Source: Candidatus Moraniibacteriota bacterium | Lineage (GTDB): Bacteria; Patescibacteriota; Minisyncoccia; Moranbacterales; GWC2-37-73 | DNA length: 64,000 nucleotides | Direction of reading: 5' to 3' | NCBI GenBank assembly: GCA_028715015.1 | Contig: JAQTLF010000001.1 | Coordinates: forward strand, 29,243-93,242 | Shown: positions 1 to 9,644 of the stretch, piece after piece | Numbering within the stretch: position 1 is the first letter of the stretch | Layout: each line of letters starts with the position of its first letter | Notes under the pieces: model-generated | What the model was told of the DNA's origin: nothing | Seen by the model: the letters and a program-made list of their open reading frames with translations, nothing else | The model's database searches: none | Translations under genes and position numbers: made by a program

Positions 1-1
1 A

Positions 2-538
2 CTCAACAACGAACCTTCCCGCTACTATTATATAAATTCCGAGCACAAAGAGCGTTGGAAAGAACCGACAGCCATAAAAAACAAAGGAGAGCAATTCTAT
101 CATAGCTTCTTCATCGAAAGCGCCTATTTCGACGCTTTCAGTTTCCAATCAGCTGACAGCGACCAACAAGAAGCTTTGATTGCCGGCACCCGCTCCGACG
201 CTCAATTCAAATTTCTGCGCAAAAAATTGGCCAACATTTTGCGCATCAAAAGAAGGCCATTTTTAAAGGGGTTTGCTGAGCAACTCTTGCTTGACTATGA
301 ACAGAAAAACATCTTGCCAACAGATGCCAAAGACAATCTCAAGCAGACCATAAAAATTCTCTATGAAATGCAGCCCAAAATCTTCACTTCATTGAATCTG
401 GAACAGAAAAAAATTCTAGTGGGATTGCTTGGTATTTTGCTTGAAAGCAACAAAACTGAAAACGTGGCCGGACTGCTTGGCGGAATAATCGAACTGACCC
501 CCGACGAACAATCCGAACTCACTCAGCTTTTTTTATAA
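2..538 (+). CDS. hypothetical protein, 5'-partial (reading frame open to window start)
   Basis: frame 2 has no stop from nt 2 to the TAA at 536-538, and the ORF track gives only its internal-Met part (176-538); an intrinsic terminator follows. Confidence 0.5.
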   Translation, partial: LNNEPSRYYYINSEHKERWKEPTAIKNKGEQFYHSFFIESAYFDAFSFQSADSDQQEALIAGTRSDAQFKFLRKKLANILRIKRRPFLKGFAEQLLLDYEQKNILPTDAKDNLKQTIKILYEMQPKIFTSLNLEQKKILVGLLGILLESNKTENVAGLLGGIIELTPDEQSELTQLFL

Positions 539-541
539 AAC

Positions 542-570
542 AAAAAAGACTCCCGAAGGAGTCTTTTTTA
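542..570 (+). terminator. rho-independent terminator
   Basis: A-run, GACTCC-cgaa-GGAGTC hairpin, T6 run. Confidence 0.7.
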
Positions 571-644
571 AGATAGAAGTGAAAAGTAAAACTATTTCAA
601 AACTACAGTTGCACCAGCTTTTCCTTGTTTTTCCAAATTTTTAA

Positions 645-686
645 TTTGGCAAAAAACAAGAGAACCCCGTCGTATGACGGGGCTCT
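645..686 (-). terminator. rho-independent terminator downstream of rplL
   Basis: minus-strand hairpin GAGCCCCGTCATACGACGGGGTTCTC followed by a T-rich run. Confidence 0.65.
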
Positions 687-713
687 CAATCAAGCTATAT
701 TTTTTGAAACAAC

Positions 714-1112
714 TTATTTCAAAACTACAGTTGCACCAGCTTCTTCAAGTTTCTTTTGAACTTCTTCAGCTTGCGCTTTGGCAATCTTTTCTTTGATCAC
801 TTTTGGAGCTGCATCAACCAAGTCTTTTGCTTCCTTAAGTCCAAGACCGGTGATTTCACGAACAGCTTTAATAACATTGATTTTCTGTGCTCCAGCTGAA
901 GTCAATTCAACATCGAACTCAGATTTTTCTTCAGCAGCTTCAGCAGCAGCAGGTGCCACGCCCATCATCATTGGAGCAGCAGCAGACACACCGAATTTTT
1001 CTTCAAGAACTTTCACAAGTTCAGAAAGATCCAAAACACTCATCTTTTCGATTTCTGCAACAAGTTTTTCAAATTTTGCAGGCACGATAACCTCTTTTTT
1101 ATCCTCTGTCAT
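714..1112 (-). CDS. rplL: 50S ribosomal protein L7/L12
   Basis: 132 aa with the conserved L7/L12 architecture: N-terminal dimerisation region, Ala/Glu-rich hinge, and a C-terminal domain ([24 protein letters not shown]). Confidence 0.95.
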   Translation of the reverse strand: MTEDKKEVIVPAKFEKLVAEIEKMSVLDLSELVKVLEEKFGVSAAAPMMMGVAPAAAEAAEEKSEFDVELTSAGAQKINVIKAVREITGLGLKEAKDLVDAAPKVIKEKIAKAQAEEVQKKLEEAGATVVLK

Positions 1113-1243
1113 AATAATTATCCTGCAAATCTACAAATCTTTTACAAATCTACAAATAAAATGCATTTCATTTGTATATTTGTGACCAATTTATATATTT
1201 GTGGGTTATAAATTTACTTTATTTAATAAAACCTACTTAAACT

Positions 1244-1765
1244 CTATGCTTTTTGCTCTTTAACAGCATTGAGTACCTGAACCAAACCTCTCAAATTGCC
1301 AGCCAACACATTGACGAAACCAGAGATCGGAGCATTCAATGTTCCAACCAATTGTCCCAAAAGTTGTTCCTTTGAAGGAATCTTTGCCAATGCTTTGACT
1401 TCAGCTGCGCTCATGACCTGTGTTCCAAGAACTCCGCCAAGCAATTTGATGTTTTCGTTGGTTTTAGCAAAAGTATCGATGATCTTAGCTGCAGCGACCT
1501 CATCATTGTTTGAGAGTGATATTGCAACCTGACCTTCCATACCTTTGATGCTTACTCCTTCGATTCCCGCATTTTTAAGTGCGATGTCGAGAAGAGTTTT
1601 GCGAACCACGAAATATCCGACACCTTCCGCTCTCAAGGATTTCTTGAGTTCGGTCAGATCTTTCACTTTGAGTCCTTTGAAATCAACAAAAACCAATGAT
1701 TTGGCAACTTTGATTTTCTCTGACAACTCTTTTACGAGTTCTATTTTCTGATTTTTTGTAAGCAT
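1244..1765 (-). CDS. rplJ: 50S ribosomal protein L10 (start refined to the internal ATG MLTKNQK)
   Basis: L10-family sequence directly upstream of rplL; the ORF-track N-terminal extension reads through leader sequence. Confidence 0.9.
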   Translation of the reverse strand: MLTKNQKIELVKELSEKIKVAKSLVFVDFKGLKVKDLTELKKSLRAEGVGYFVVRKTLLDIALKNAGIEGVSIKGMEGQVAISLSNNDEVAAAKIIDTFAKTNENIKLLGGVLGTQVMSAAEVKALAKIPSKEQLLGQLVGTLNAPISGFVNVLAGNLRGLVQVLNAVKEQKA

Positions 1766-1995
1766 TTGCTTTTTTCTACTTGTCACAAAACAATGTTTTA
1801 TGATTTTGCAGCAATTAAAAAATCTGCGTTTCCGCAGATCGACCTTTGAAACCACGACGACACACTTAGCAAGTGTCATCGAGCTCCTCGACAGGTCTTA
1901 AGCTTTTTCAAGCTGCCTGCTGTCTGCGGATACTGTGTCGCGTGATTAAATGTAATCATTTAATTTTACGCGATTCTATTAAAATTTCCCAAAAT
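1766..1995 (-). promoter_or_regulatory. candidate L10 (rplJ) autoregulatory leader / long 5'UTR
   Basis: ~230-nt non-coding leader that is GC-richer than its surroundings and has long-range complementary arms (CCGCAGA...TCTGCGG), at the position where L10-leader structures occur in bacteria. Confidence 0.35.
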
Positions 1996-2000
1996 TCTAT

Positions 2001-2342
2001 TTAAGCTTCTTTTACTTCTTCAACTGGAGCAGCTTCTTCAGCTTTTGCTTCCTCAACTGGAGCTTCTGGAGCAACCGGTTTTTCCATTTTCACAGCTCTT
2101 TTCTTTCCTTCAATCACACCTTCTTTGACAAAAAGGTTGTAGGCGCTGTCAGAAACTTGTGCTCCTTTGGCAATCCATTCTTTGATCTTATCTGCCTTCA
2201 GAACAGCCACTTTTGAATGTGGGTCATAACTGCCCAAAACTGCCACATGGCCGCCTGTAGGGGCTGCTGTGTGCTGCTGAAGCACTACTCTGAATTGAGC
2301 TCTATTTTTTCGTCCAACACGTGAGAATCTAATGGTCAACAT
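2001..2342 (-). CDS. rpsP: 30S ribosomal protein S16 with an Ala/Glu/Pro/Val-rich C-terminal tail
   Basis: N-terminal MLTIRFSRVGRKNRAQFRVV matches S16. Confidence 0.9.
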   Translation of the reverse strand: MLTIRFSRVGRKNRAQFRVVLQQHTAAPTGGHVAVLGSYDPHSKVAVLKADKIKEWIAKGAQVSDSAYNLFVKEGVIEGKKRAVKMEKPVAPEAPVEEAKAEEAAPVEEVKEA

Positions 2343-2427
2343 AATTTCCTTTTCTTTACGAATAAATTAGCAGGTAACATTTTTACCCTTGTTTAAGCCT
2401 CCATTTGGCTGTTTTTAGTACTTATCC

Positions 2428-2456
2428 AATATACTAGCTTGTTGACATTTTGTCAA
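2428..2456 (-). promoter_or_regulatory. sigma70-type promoter for rpsP
   Basis: minus-strand TTGACA (complement of 2451-2456), 17-bp spacer, TATATT (complement of 2428-2433); the -35 lies in the palindrome TTGACAAAATGTCAA. Confidence 0.55.
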
Positions 2457-2489
2457 GCGTTTGCCCACATATAAGCCATTTTGGCATAG

Positions 2490-3335
2490 TTATTTCAATA
2501 ATTTATTGTTTTTATTTGATGCTAAAAAATTTTGTCCGGTCACCACACTTTTTCCGGTTTTTTCTTCAAGTGCAAGTCTGGCATCTTTGGCAATTTTCCC
2601 ACCTTTTTTGGCTGGAATTTTGTTTTCTTCCAAACCTTTTGATTCCATGGTTTCAGCAATCTGACGCGTGGAAAGTTCAGCCAGTGCTGTGAAAACCAAT
2701 TCTGCATCTGACATGTGATCACGCAAATTCTGCGTTTTGAGATTTTTCAAATCTTTGTGTTCTCTGACTGACAAATCACTCCATTCTTCATGAATGATGT
2801 TTGTCAAAATTGCAAACTCATCTTGCTCTTTAACTTCATTGTTTTTCCAATAATCAGTCAACTTGTTTCTGATTTCCTGCCCCATCATTCTTTGCTGAAT
2901 CCATTTTTCACTTCTTCCCATTTTTTGCCAATATCCCCTTGAGCGATTCACGCCCTTTTCCGGATCAGACATGTCCTGAATTCTTTCATATCCAACTTTT
3001 GCCAGCCATAATTTGATTGGTTCCGCTTTCCTAGATGGGACAGATTGAACAAGACGCAAAATTGTTTCCACGTCTGCCACATCAGTTAAATATTTTTTAC
3101 CATCAGCAGCTTCCAATTTCAGTTTGTCACATTTTGTGACAGACTCATTGCCTTCTTTTCTTAAACGATTTTTTAGTGTTGTCCAATAACTTTGCGCTTT
3201 TTTAAAATCTGCCTGATCTATTAAGGCAGCAACAATATCAATCACTGAAAAATACCAAGTCTCAGTTTTTTCGTCGTAGTGCCGACGAATTTTGAAATTC
3301 TCAAAAATTGCCAGCGAATCTTTTTTATTTTGCAT
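2490..3335 (-). CDS. DinD / Bro-N-domain (phage antirepressor-like, RhuM-like) protein
   Basis: 281 aa; N-terminal Bro-N-like region ([10 protein letters not shown]) and a DinD-like C-terminal region ([22 protein letters not shown]). Confidence 0.6.
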   Translation of the reverse strand: MQNKKDSLAIFENFKIRRHYDEKTETWYFSVIDIVAALIDQADFKKAQSYWTTLKNRLRKEGNESVTKCDKLKLEAADGKKYLTDVADVETILRLVQSVPSRKAEPIKLWLAKVGYERIQDMSDPEKGVNRSRGYWQKMGRSEKWIQQRMMGQEIRNKLTDYWKNNEVKEQDEFAILTNIIHEEWSDLSVREHKDLKNLKTQNLRDHMSDAELVFTALAELSTRQIAETMESKGLEENKIPAKKGGKIAKDARLALEEKTGKSVVTGQNFLASNKNNKLLK

Positions 3336-3374
3336 CTGATTTGTTTTTATTACTTATTGTCTAGCAAAGTGAGC

Positions 3375-3453
3375 GAAATGAAAATAAATTTTCATTTCCG
3401 AACAAGCGACGACAACAAGTGACTTTTTGTCACTTATAGTGATATTTTATCAC
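3375..3453. promoter_or_regulatory. three palindromic operator-like sites upstream of the DinD-like gene
   Basis: GAAATGAAAAT-aa-ATTTTCATTTC (3375-3398), AAGTGAC-ttttt-GTCACTT (3417-3435), GTGATA-ttt-TATCAC (3439-3453). Confidence 0.45.
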
Positions 3454-3489
3454 CATGTCAAAAAGCCGTCAACTTGGCTGCAAAATCGA

Positions 3490-5283
3490 TCAATCCACAT
3501 CTCCCATTTGTTGCAGATCAAGAAGTTTTTTGTAGAGTCCGTCATTGACTTTGGAAAGTTCACTGTGCGATCCGGTTTCCACCACCATGCCTTTTTCCAA
3601 AACCACGATCTTATCAGCTTTTTTGATGGTGCTCAGGCGATGAGCAATGATGATGACGGTGCGATTTTTGGAAATTTTGTCCATGGCATCCTGGATGAGT
3701 CTTTCGCTTTGGGAATCAAGATTGCTGGTCGCCTCATCAAAAATGAGCACCTTAGGATTAGCCAAAATGGCGCGTGCAATTCCGATGCGCTGCCTTTGTC
3801 CTCCTGACAATTTTATGCCGCGTTCCCCCACAATCGTGTCGTAGCCATCGTTCAATTGCATCACAAACTCTTCTGCATTGGCAATCCTGGCTGCGGCCTC
3901 AATTTCCTTTTTGCTGGCAGATGGTTTGGCATAGGCGATGTTTTCACTGATACTGGCATTGAAAATTTCCACATCTTGCGGAACAATGGCAAAAAATTTG
4001 CGAAAACCATAGAGGTCATATTTTCTCAAATCCGTTCCATCCAAAAGAACAGCTCCTTGGGTGGGATCATAATGACGATAAATCATTCTGGCCAAAGTTG
4101 TTTTGCCTCCGCCTGACGGACCGATGAGCGCTGTTGTTGCACCTTCAGGAATAACCAGATTCACATTTTTGAGAGCTTTCATCTTGCTGTCCGCATAGGC
4201 AAAACTCATTTTTCTGAATTCCAAATTTCCTCTGACATTCTTGGGCACGATTCCGCCAATTGGATTTTTAATGTCAGGTTGCTCTTTGGACAGTTCATAA
4301 ATTCTTTCCACAGCCTCGGAACTTTCCATGATGCGATCATAGAGGCGCGAGATGCGATACAATGAAATCAACGCTTTTTCAGAAATCGTGAACACGAAAA
4401 CCAATGTTCCCACTGTGATGTTGCCTTTCCAAACAAGCCAGGCGCCGAAAAGCAGAATAAAAAGTCTGCCTGAATCAATCACAAAATTACGTTTCAGATT
4501 CTGGTTCAAAATGTTGCCAAATTCTGAAAGCACAGTGGTTCTCAATTCTTCACGCAACTTTCCAAAACGGGTGCACTCCCGTTTTTCCTGGGTAAATGAT
4601 TTGACAGTGTTAATGTTCACCACTGATTGGGTCATCAAGCCTGCTGCTTTTTCATAGATGTCAAAACGATTTTTTCTAAGTGGAAAAACTCTGCGATTGA
4701 CACGGATTGTCAAAAATACAAAGATGGGCACGAAAAAGAGAACCACCATGCCGAATCGCCAATCAACCCAAAAAAGAACCACGGTGGTGAAAATTATTTG
4801 CAAAATTGTCGGAGCAACTTCCCATGACAAATTGCTGAGCAAATCAATGATCTTATCAATTCCGCGCTGAACCTTGCTTATTTTGCTGCCAGTGTTTTCT
4901 TTTTCATGATAACCGAGTCCCAAATAGATGAGTTTTTTGTGCGCCTGCCCGGAAAGATTCGATTCCGTGTCAGCCAAAATCCTGAATATTCTCTTGTCAT
5001 TGGTGTATTGCAAAATGGAAACGATTTCATTGATGGCAAACATGGCAAAAATCAAAGCTGCGATTTGAGCAATTTTTTCCACCCTGAAATTCGTGATCAA
5101 ATCAATGATCAATTTGAGCGTATATGGACCCGCCAAACGCGTGATTTCAACCACCAACATCAAGGAAAAAACTTTTTTCATTCCGCCTTGCGCCGGCAAG
5201 AGCAATTTCCAAAGCCGCATCCAAAAACCTTTGATGTCAAAAGTTCTTTCAGTTTTATTGTTTTTTTGCTTTTTTTCTTTCAT
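3490..5283 (-). CDS. ABC transporter, fused permease/ATPase (exporter type)
   Basis: 597 aa; N-terminal 6-TM domain; Walker A GPSGGGKTT; ABC signature LSGGQRQRIGIARA; Walker B LIFDEATS. Confidence 0.9.
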   Translation of the reverse strand: MKEKKQKNNKTERTFDIKGFWMRLWKLLLPAQGGMKKVFSLMLVVEITRLAGPYTLKLIIDLITNFRVEKIAQIAALIFAMFAINEIVSILQYTNDKRIFRILADTESNLSGQAHKKLIYLGLGYHEKENTGSKISKVQRGIDKIIDLLSNLSWEVAPTILQIIFTTVVLFWVDWRFGMVVLFFVPIFVFLTIRVNRRVFPLRKNRFDIYEKAAGLMTQSVVNINTVKSFTQEKRECTRFGKLREELRTTVLSEFGNILNQNLKRNFVIDSGRLFILLFGAWLVWKGNITVGTLVFVFTISEKALISLYRISRLYDRIMESSEAVERIYELSKEQPDIKNPIGGIVPKNVRGNLEFRKMSFAYADSKMKALKNVNLVIPEGATTALIGPSGGGKTTLARMIYRHYDPTQGAVLLDGTDLRKYDLYGFRKFFAIVPQDVEIFNASISENIAYAKPSASKKEIEAAARIANAEEFVMQLNDGYDTIVGERGIKLSGGQRQRIGIARAILANPKVLIFDEATSNLDSQSERLIQDAMDKISKNRTVIIIAHRLSTIKKADKIVVLEKGMVVETGSHSELSKVNDGLYKKLLDLQQMGDVD

Positions 5284-5330
5284 ATAAACATCATATCACG
5301 ATTGATTTTACATATCAAAAAATAAACAAT

Positions 5331-5396
5331 GTCATTCCCGTGAAAACGGGAATGACAAAGCAAAATATCAAAAAACCCCGCCTAGGCGGGGTTTTG
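5331..5396 (-). terminator. tandem rho-independent terminators downstream of hup
   Basis: two hairpins, GTCATTCCCGtgaaaaCGGGAATGAC and CCCCGCCtaGGCGGGG, each flanked by A and T runs (bidirectional). Confidence 0.7.
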
Positions 5397-5418
5397 AGAA
5401 ATAGAAAAATCCTATCGA

Positions 5419-5715
5419 CTACAATACTGCTTCTTTGGCAGCTTTTGCAAGACGGAATTTAACCACAGTTTTTGCAGCAATTTTGATTTTTTCTCCAGTT
5501 GCTGGGTTCACTCCCATTCTTGCTTTTCTTTTTGCTTTAACCATTTTTCCGAAACCAGGAAGAACGAATTCTCCAGTCTTTTTCACTTCTTTGTATGCGA
5601 TTGTAACGAGTTCATCAAAAAACCCATTAACTTCCTTTTTTGCCAAGCCTGTTTTTTCAGACAAGACTGTCACCAATTGTGACTTTGTCATTTTTGCCAT
5701 AGTGCGTGTTTTCAT
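5419..5715 (-). CDS. hup: DNA-binding protein HU (true start probably MAKMTKSQL or MTKSQL)
   Basis: about 90-aa HU/IHF fold, with a GFGKF-like arm (GFGKMVKAKRKARMGVNPATGEKIKI). Confidence 0.85.
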   Translation of the reverse strand: MKTRTMAKMTKSQLVTVLSEKTGLAKKEVNGFFDELVTIAYKEVKKTGEFVLPGFGKMVKAKRKARMGVNPATGEKIKIAAKTVVKFRLAKAAKEAVL

Positions 5716-5880
5716 TTTTAGTCCGGTTTTATGCGGGCAAAAAACGAATTTTTATTTATTAATTTATTTCTTTTGCATGTTGGCTCATGCATGCTCCAAT
5801 TATACACCATTATTAAAAGCTTTGCTAGTGGCTTTTGAATTATTGTCAATAGTCATGGGGTCAATACCGATATTGGCATT

Positions 5881-6843
5881 CTATTTGTTGATAACTGGCG
5901 CAGCATCCGGTTTTTTCAGAGCAATTCTTTTAAAACAAAAATTGCCACCGTCATGCCTCCAATCGTTCAGATATGGGCCTTCTGACGATATTGCATCATT
6001 CAAACTTGAACGCATAAAATCGGCACATAACTGATATGAACTTTCATCCTCAATTTTATAGGTGACACCTTTTACGATCTGATTGCCAAAAGAAAATCTC
6101 GTCGCGCTAAGATCATCAAGTTTTTGTGGCAGCTTTTCTGTTTCGCCAAAGTAATTTTGAACGGAACTATCGATTGATTGCAAACTATTAACCATTTGTT
6201 GGTCGAGATTTTTCTGTCGTGATACTGTTGGCGAATCTATGATAAAAAATCCTGACACAAAAGTTGCAACAACCACCGCGATGCAAACAATCATAGTTAT
6301 TTTATTAATAGGAGAAGTTGTCTCGACTCTGCGCATGTCCCAAAAATAATATCCGAAAATTCCACCCGCAATCAAGAGAATCGCAAGAACTTTCAGCAAA
6401 AAACTGGATGTGAAATCGCCTCCAAGAAAATTAACCACCAGCGTAATGAGATCACCGATAATCGTTGCCGATGCAAAAAACAAAACAATGTATGTCAGCC
6501 ATTTTCTCACAACAGATTCTAGCAATATTTGCTGGTTATTGATTCTTTTTGTGATGATGCTCGAAACTACAAAGAAGATAGGAGCAGCAATAATAAGCGC
6601 TGCAATTCCAAATTTCACGCCACCCTGATTAAATGACGCATACGCAGAGGCCGACTCCCTGTCAGTGACAAATTTATCAACAAAACCGAACAAAATTGAA
6701 CCCTCCCCAAAGGAAACAAAAGTCAGCGACAAAAAAGTCACCAGATACAAAAAGAAATCTTGTGCGCCACCATTATTATTTTGTGGCTGTGGAGTTGAAG
6801 CTTGAATTTCCATAGATTTAAAAACTAAAAAATTAATATGCAC
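5881..6843 (-). CDS. hypothetical multi-pass membrane protein
   Basis: 320 aa with several hydrophobic helices followed by a soluble C-terminal domain; no recognisable motif. Confidence 0.5.
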   Translation of the reverse strand: MHINFLVFKSMEIQASTPQPQNNNGGAQDFFLYLVTFLSLTFVSFGEGSILFGFVDKFVTDRESASAYASFNQGGVKFGIAALIIAAPIFFVVSSIITKRINNQQILLESVVRKWLTYIVLFFASATIIGDLITLVVNFLGGDFTSSFLLKVLAILLIAGGIFGYYFWDMRRVETTSPINKITMIVCIAVVVATFVSGFFIIDSPTVSRQKNLDQQMVNSLQSIDSSVQNYFGETEKLPQKLDDLSATRFSFGNQIVKGVTYKIEDESSYQLCADFMRSSLNDAISSEGPYLNDWRHDGGNFCFKRIALKKPDAAPVINK

Positions 6844-6897
6844 GCTTATGGATAAAAGTGATCAAAAAAACAGAATCGAAAGATCCTGTTTTTAACT

Positions 6898-9204
6898 CTA
6901 TTTTCCGATGATTTTTCCGCCTTGCCCCACCTGGTCAAGCTTCACGGAAAGAAGTTTGGAAATTCCATCATCGCCCATGGTCACACCATAGAGAAGTGAG
7001 GCTTGTCGCATGGTTTCGCGATTATGGGTGATGGCGATGAATTGGGTCGTGCCGGAAAGTTCCTGCAAAATCTTGCTGAAACGTCGCGAGTTGGCTTCAT
7101 CAAGAGCCGCCTCCACTTCATCCAAAATCGCAAATGGCGGTGGGTTGTGAGAAATAATGGCAAAAAGAAGCGCCAAGGAAGTGAGCGATCTTTCGCCGCC
7201 AGAAAGCATGGAAAGATTGGCAATCTTTTTTCCCGGAGGACACGCAAAGATTTCCACTCCGATTTCATCGCGCTTTTCGTCTTCCGATTCCTGATTTTCA
7301 TCTTCCTGCTCATCAATTTCTGTTCCATCCTCAGCAACTTTCGCTTTGCGATTTTTTATTTTCAATTTGATCAGATGCGCATTTCCTCCGCCAAAAATGA
7401 TTCTGAAATATTTGGTGAATTCCTTGTTGATTTTTTCGAAAGCTTCCTCAAATTCAACCTTGATGCGTTGGTCCATTTCTTTGATGATGGCTTCCAAGGA
7501 AACAAGGGCATCAGCCAAATCTTTCAATTCCTGAGTGAGAAAATCAAAACGTGCGTTTGTCTCGCTGTATTCTTCAACGATCATCGGGTCAATTCCGCCG
7601 ATTTGTTCCATCTGAAGTTTCAGGCGTGAAATTTCCCTCTCCAGCATTTCCCTGTTGATCTCTTCACCATCAAATTTGAGCGCGGCAACTTCGCATTTAA
7701 GTTCGCTTCTGATTTCGTTGGTCAGATCTTCTTCGCGCACTTCCACGCGAGCCAGTTTTATTTTGGCATCATTGAATTGGTCTTTCAAAGTGTTGAGCTG
7801 TTCTTGTCTTACTCTGGATTCACGTTCCAATTGGAAAAAACGTTCGCGAAGCTGTCTGATTCTTTGATTTTCAGCCGTGATTTCTTTTTCAATTTTTTCA
7901 AGCTCGTCTCTGAGCTGGGTTTCTTTGAGTTGGAATCCTTTTTTCTTATTTTCAAGTTCTTCAATTTTTTTGTTGATCTCTCCGACTTCTTTGGAGTTGT
8001 CTTTCTTGATGGAAACTTCGCCTTTGCCAGATTCTTCATACAGATCAAAAAGTTGTTGTTGGATGGCCCGGGCAGATTCTTTGATGTCCTGCAAATCATC
8101 CATGTTTTCTGCTTCTTCCACTCGAAGAATCAATCTTTCCTGCGCCATGCGGATGTTGGAAAGCTTGGCTTGCACATATTTCAAATCAACAGGAATGATC
8201 TCGATGACTTTCTGATTGGCAAGTTTTTCTTTCTCAACAACGATGCGTCCTTCGGAAATTATCAGCTCGCGTTCAACATCATTGAGCTGCTGTCTTATTT
8301 GTGTTTTTTTTCTTTCCAACTCCTGTTCAGCTCCGCTATCTTGGGCTTTGCCTGATTCCTGATTGAGTTCATCTGTCATTTTGTCCACTTCGCGTTGCAT
8401 GTTCATCATGCCTGCTCCCAACGATTCTTTTTCTTGGGAAAATTTTTCACGTTCGCTTTGGAATTGATGCCACAAAAAAGAAAACAATTTTGTTTGTTTT
8501 TCTTTGAGTTCTTCGGCCACCACTTTTCCTTGCTGCGCTTTCTCAGCTTGGCGTTTGAGCATTTTCAAATGCGGCTCGATTTCACGGATCAACCCTGAAG
8601 TGCGCTGCATGTTTTCTCTGGTCGAATCGAGTTTTTTGACTGCCCTGTCTTTTTTGATCTGATATTGCTTCACTCCGGCAGCATCTTCCAAAACGCTGCG
8701 GCGATCCGCAGGAGTCGAATTTAGCAATGAGTCAGACATTCCCTGGTTGATAACGCAATAGCTTTCTTTTCCCACTCCAGCTTTGGCCAACAAATCCATG
8801 ACATCCAATAAACGTGAACGATTGCCATTGATCAGATATTCCGACTCTCCGGAACGATACAGTTTTCTAGTGATGATGACCTCCGTGAATTCAAGCGGGA
8901 TTCTTTTGTCGGCATTGTCAAAATGAAGAGAAACTTGGGCGCTGGAAAGACGCGCCTTTGTCCCAGACCCTGCAAAAATGATGTCCTCGGCTTTTTTTCC
9001 GCGCAGTGTTTTCATCGATTGCTCTCCCATCGCCCATTTGATCGCATCAGAGGTGTTGGATTTTCCTGATCCATTTGGTCCCACAATGGCCGTTATTCCG
9101 CGTGCTTCACTATCAACATTAAAATTCCCCGCTGGCAAAAATTCCAGCGTGGTTTTATTGGCAAACGATTTGAATCCTGATATTTCAACTTTTTTTAGAT
9201 ACAT
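6898..9204 (-). CDS. smc: chromosome partition protein SMC (short form, 768 aa)
   Basis: N-terminal Walker A GPNGSGKSN; coiled-coil middle; C-terminal signature LSGGERSLTSLALLFAI and Walker B ILDEVEAALD. Confidence 0.85.
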   Translation of the reverse strand: MYLKKVEISGFKSFANKTTLEFLPAGNFNVDSEARGITAIVGPNGSGKSNTSDAIKWAMGEQSMKTLRGKKAEDIIFAGSGTKARLSSAQVSLHFDNADKRIPLEFTEVIITRKLYRSGESEYLINGNRSRLLDVMDLLAKAGVGKESYCVINQGMSDSLLNSTPADRRSVLEDAAGVKQYQIKKDRAVKKLDSTRENMQRTSGLIREIEPHLKMLKRQAEKAQQGKVVAEELKEKQTKLFSFLWHQFQSEREKFSQEKESLGAGMMNMQREVDKMTDELNQESGKAQDSGAEQELERKKTQIRQQLNDVERELIISEGRIVVEKEKLANQKVIEIIPVDLKYVQAKLSNIRMAQERLILRVEEAENMDDLQDIKESARAIQQQLFDLYEESGKGEVSIKKDNSKEVGEINKKIEELENKKKGFQLKETQLRDELEKIEKEITAENQRIRQLRERFFQLERESRVRQEQLNTLKDQFNDAKIKLARVEVREEDLTNEIRSELKCEVAALKFDGEEINREMLEREISRLKLQMEQIGGIDPMIVEEYSETNARFDFLTQELKDLADALVSLEAIIKEMDQRIKVEFEEAFEKINKEFTKYFRIIFGGGNAHLIKLKIKNRKAKVAEDGTEIDEQEDENQESEDEKRDEIGVEIFACPPGKKIANLSMLSGGERSLTSLALLFAIISHNPPPFAILDEVEAALDEANSRRFSKILQELSGTTQFIAITHNRETMRQASLLYGVTMGDDGISKLLSVKLDQVGQGGKIIGK

Positions 9205-9250
9205 TATTCATGGAGCATGGAGCATGGAGCATGGAGCATAAATCATGAAT
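9205..9250 (-). repeat. heptamer CATGGAG x4 tandem repeat abutting the smc start codon
   Basis: catggagcatggagcatggagcatggagca directly 5' of the smc ATG; it creates clustered upstream AUGs, including a mini-ORF ending in UAAUG that overlaps the start. Confidence 0.8.
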
Positions 9251-9367
9251 GTTGGTGACATCTATATTTGTGCCAGATGTTCCACATTATAAGATTTATG
9301 AATATTGTTCTATGTTCTATGTTTTATGTTCTATGACATTGTACTACACTTTTTTATTTTGGGAAAG

Positions 9368-9408
9368 AAAAAAGGCTACAAAGAAATATCTTGTAGCGCT
9401 TTTGGGTG
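9368..9408. terminator. bidirectional intrinsic terminator
   Basis: A-run, GGCTACAAagaaatatCTTGTAGC hairpin, T-run. Confidence 0.55.
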
Positions 9409-9644
9409 GTTTTGGTCTGGGTACATTCGGGATCGAATTGTGCTTTTTGTGAACAAAAATCCACCGAACGCACCCAGCTTTGAGGTTCGCAAAATTTCAT
9501 CGAACCAAAATAGATAAAAAGGGCTTGTGCAGAGGGTTGGGGATGTGTAATGATTTCGTAAGTTTACGCATTACAATATACCCCAATCCCTCTGACACCT
9601 TCATCATATACCCACAGTGATCATTGTCAAGCAAAAATACATAG

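Noticed and set aside
778-1185. Numerous antisense or overlapping ORFs inside ribosomal and other genes (e.g. 778-1185, 22890-23327, 34478-34810).
   Set aside because: They are fully embedded opposite well-supported conserved genes, have biased composition, and have no independent start signals.
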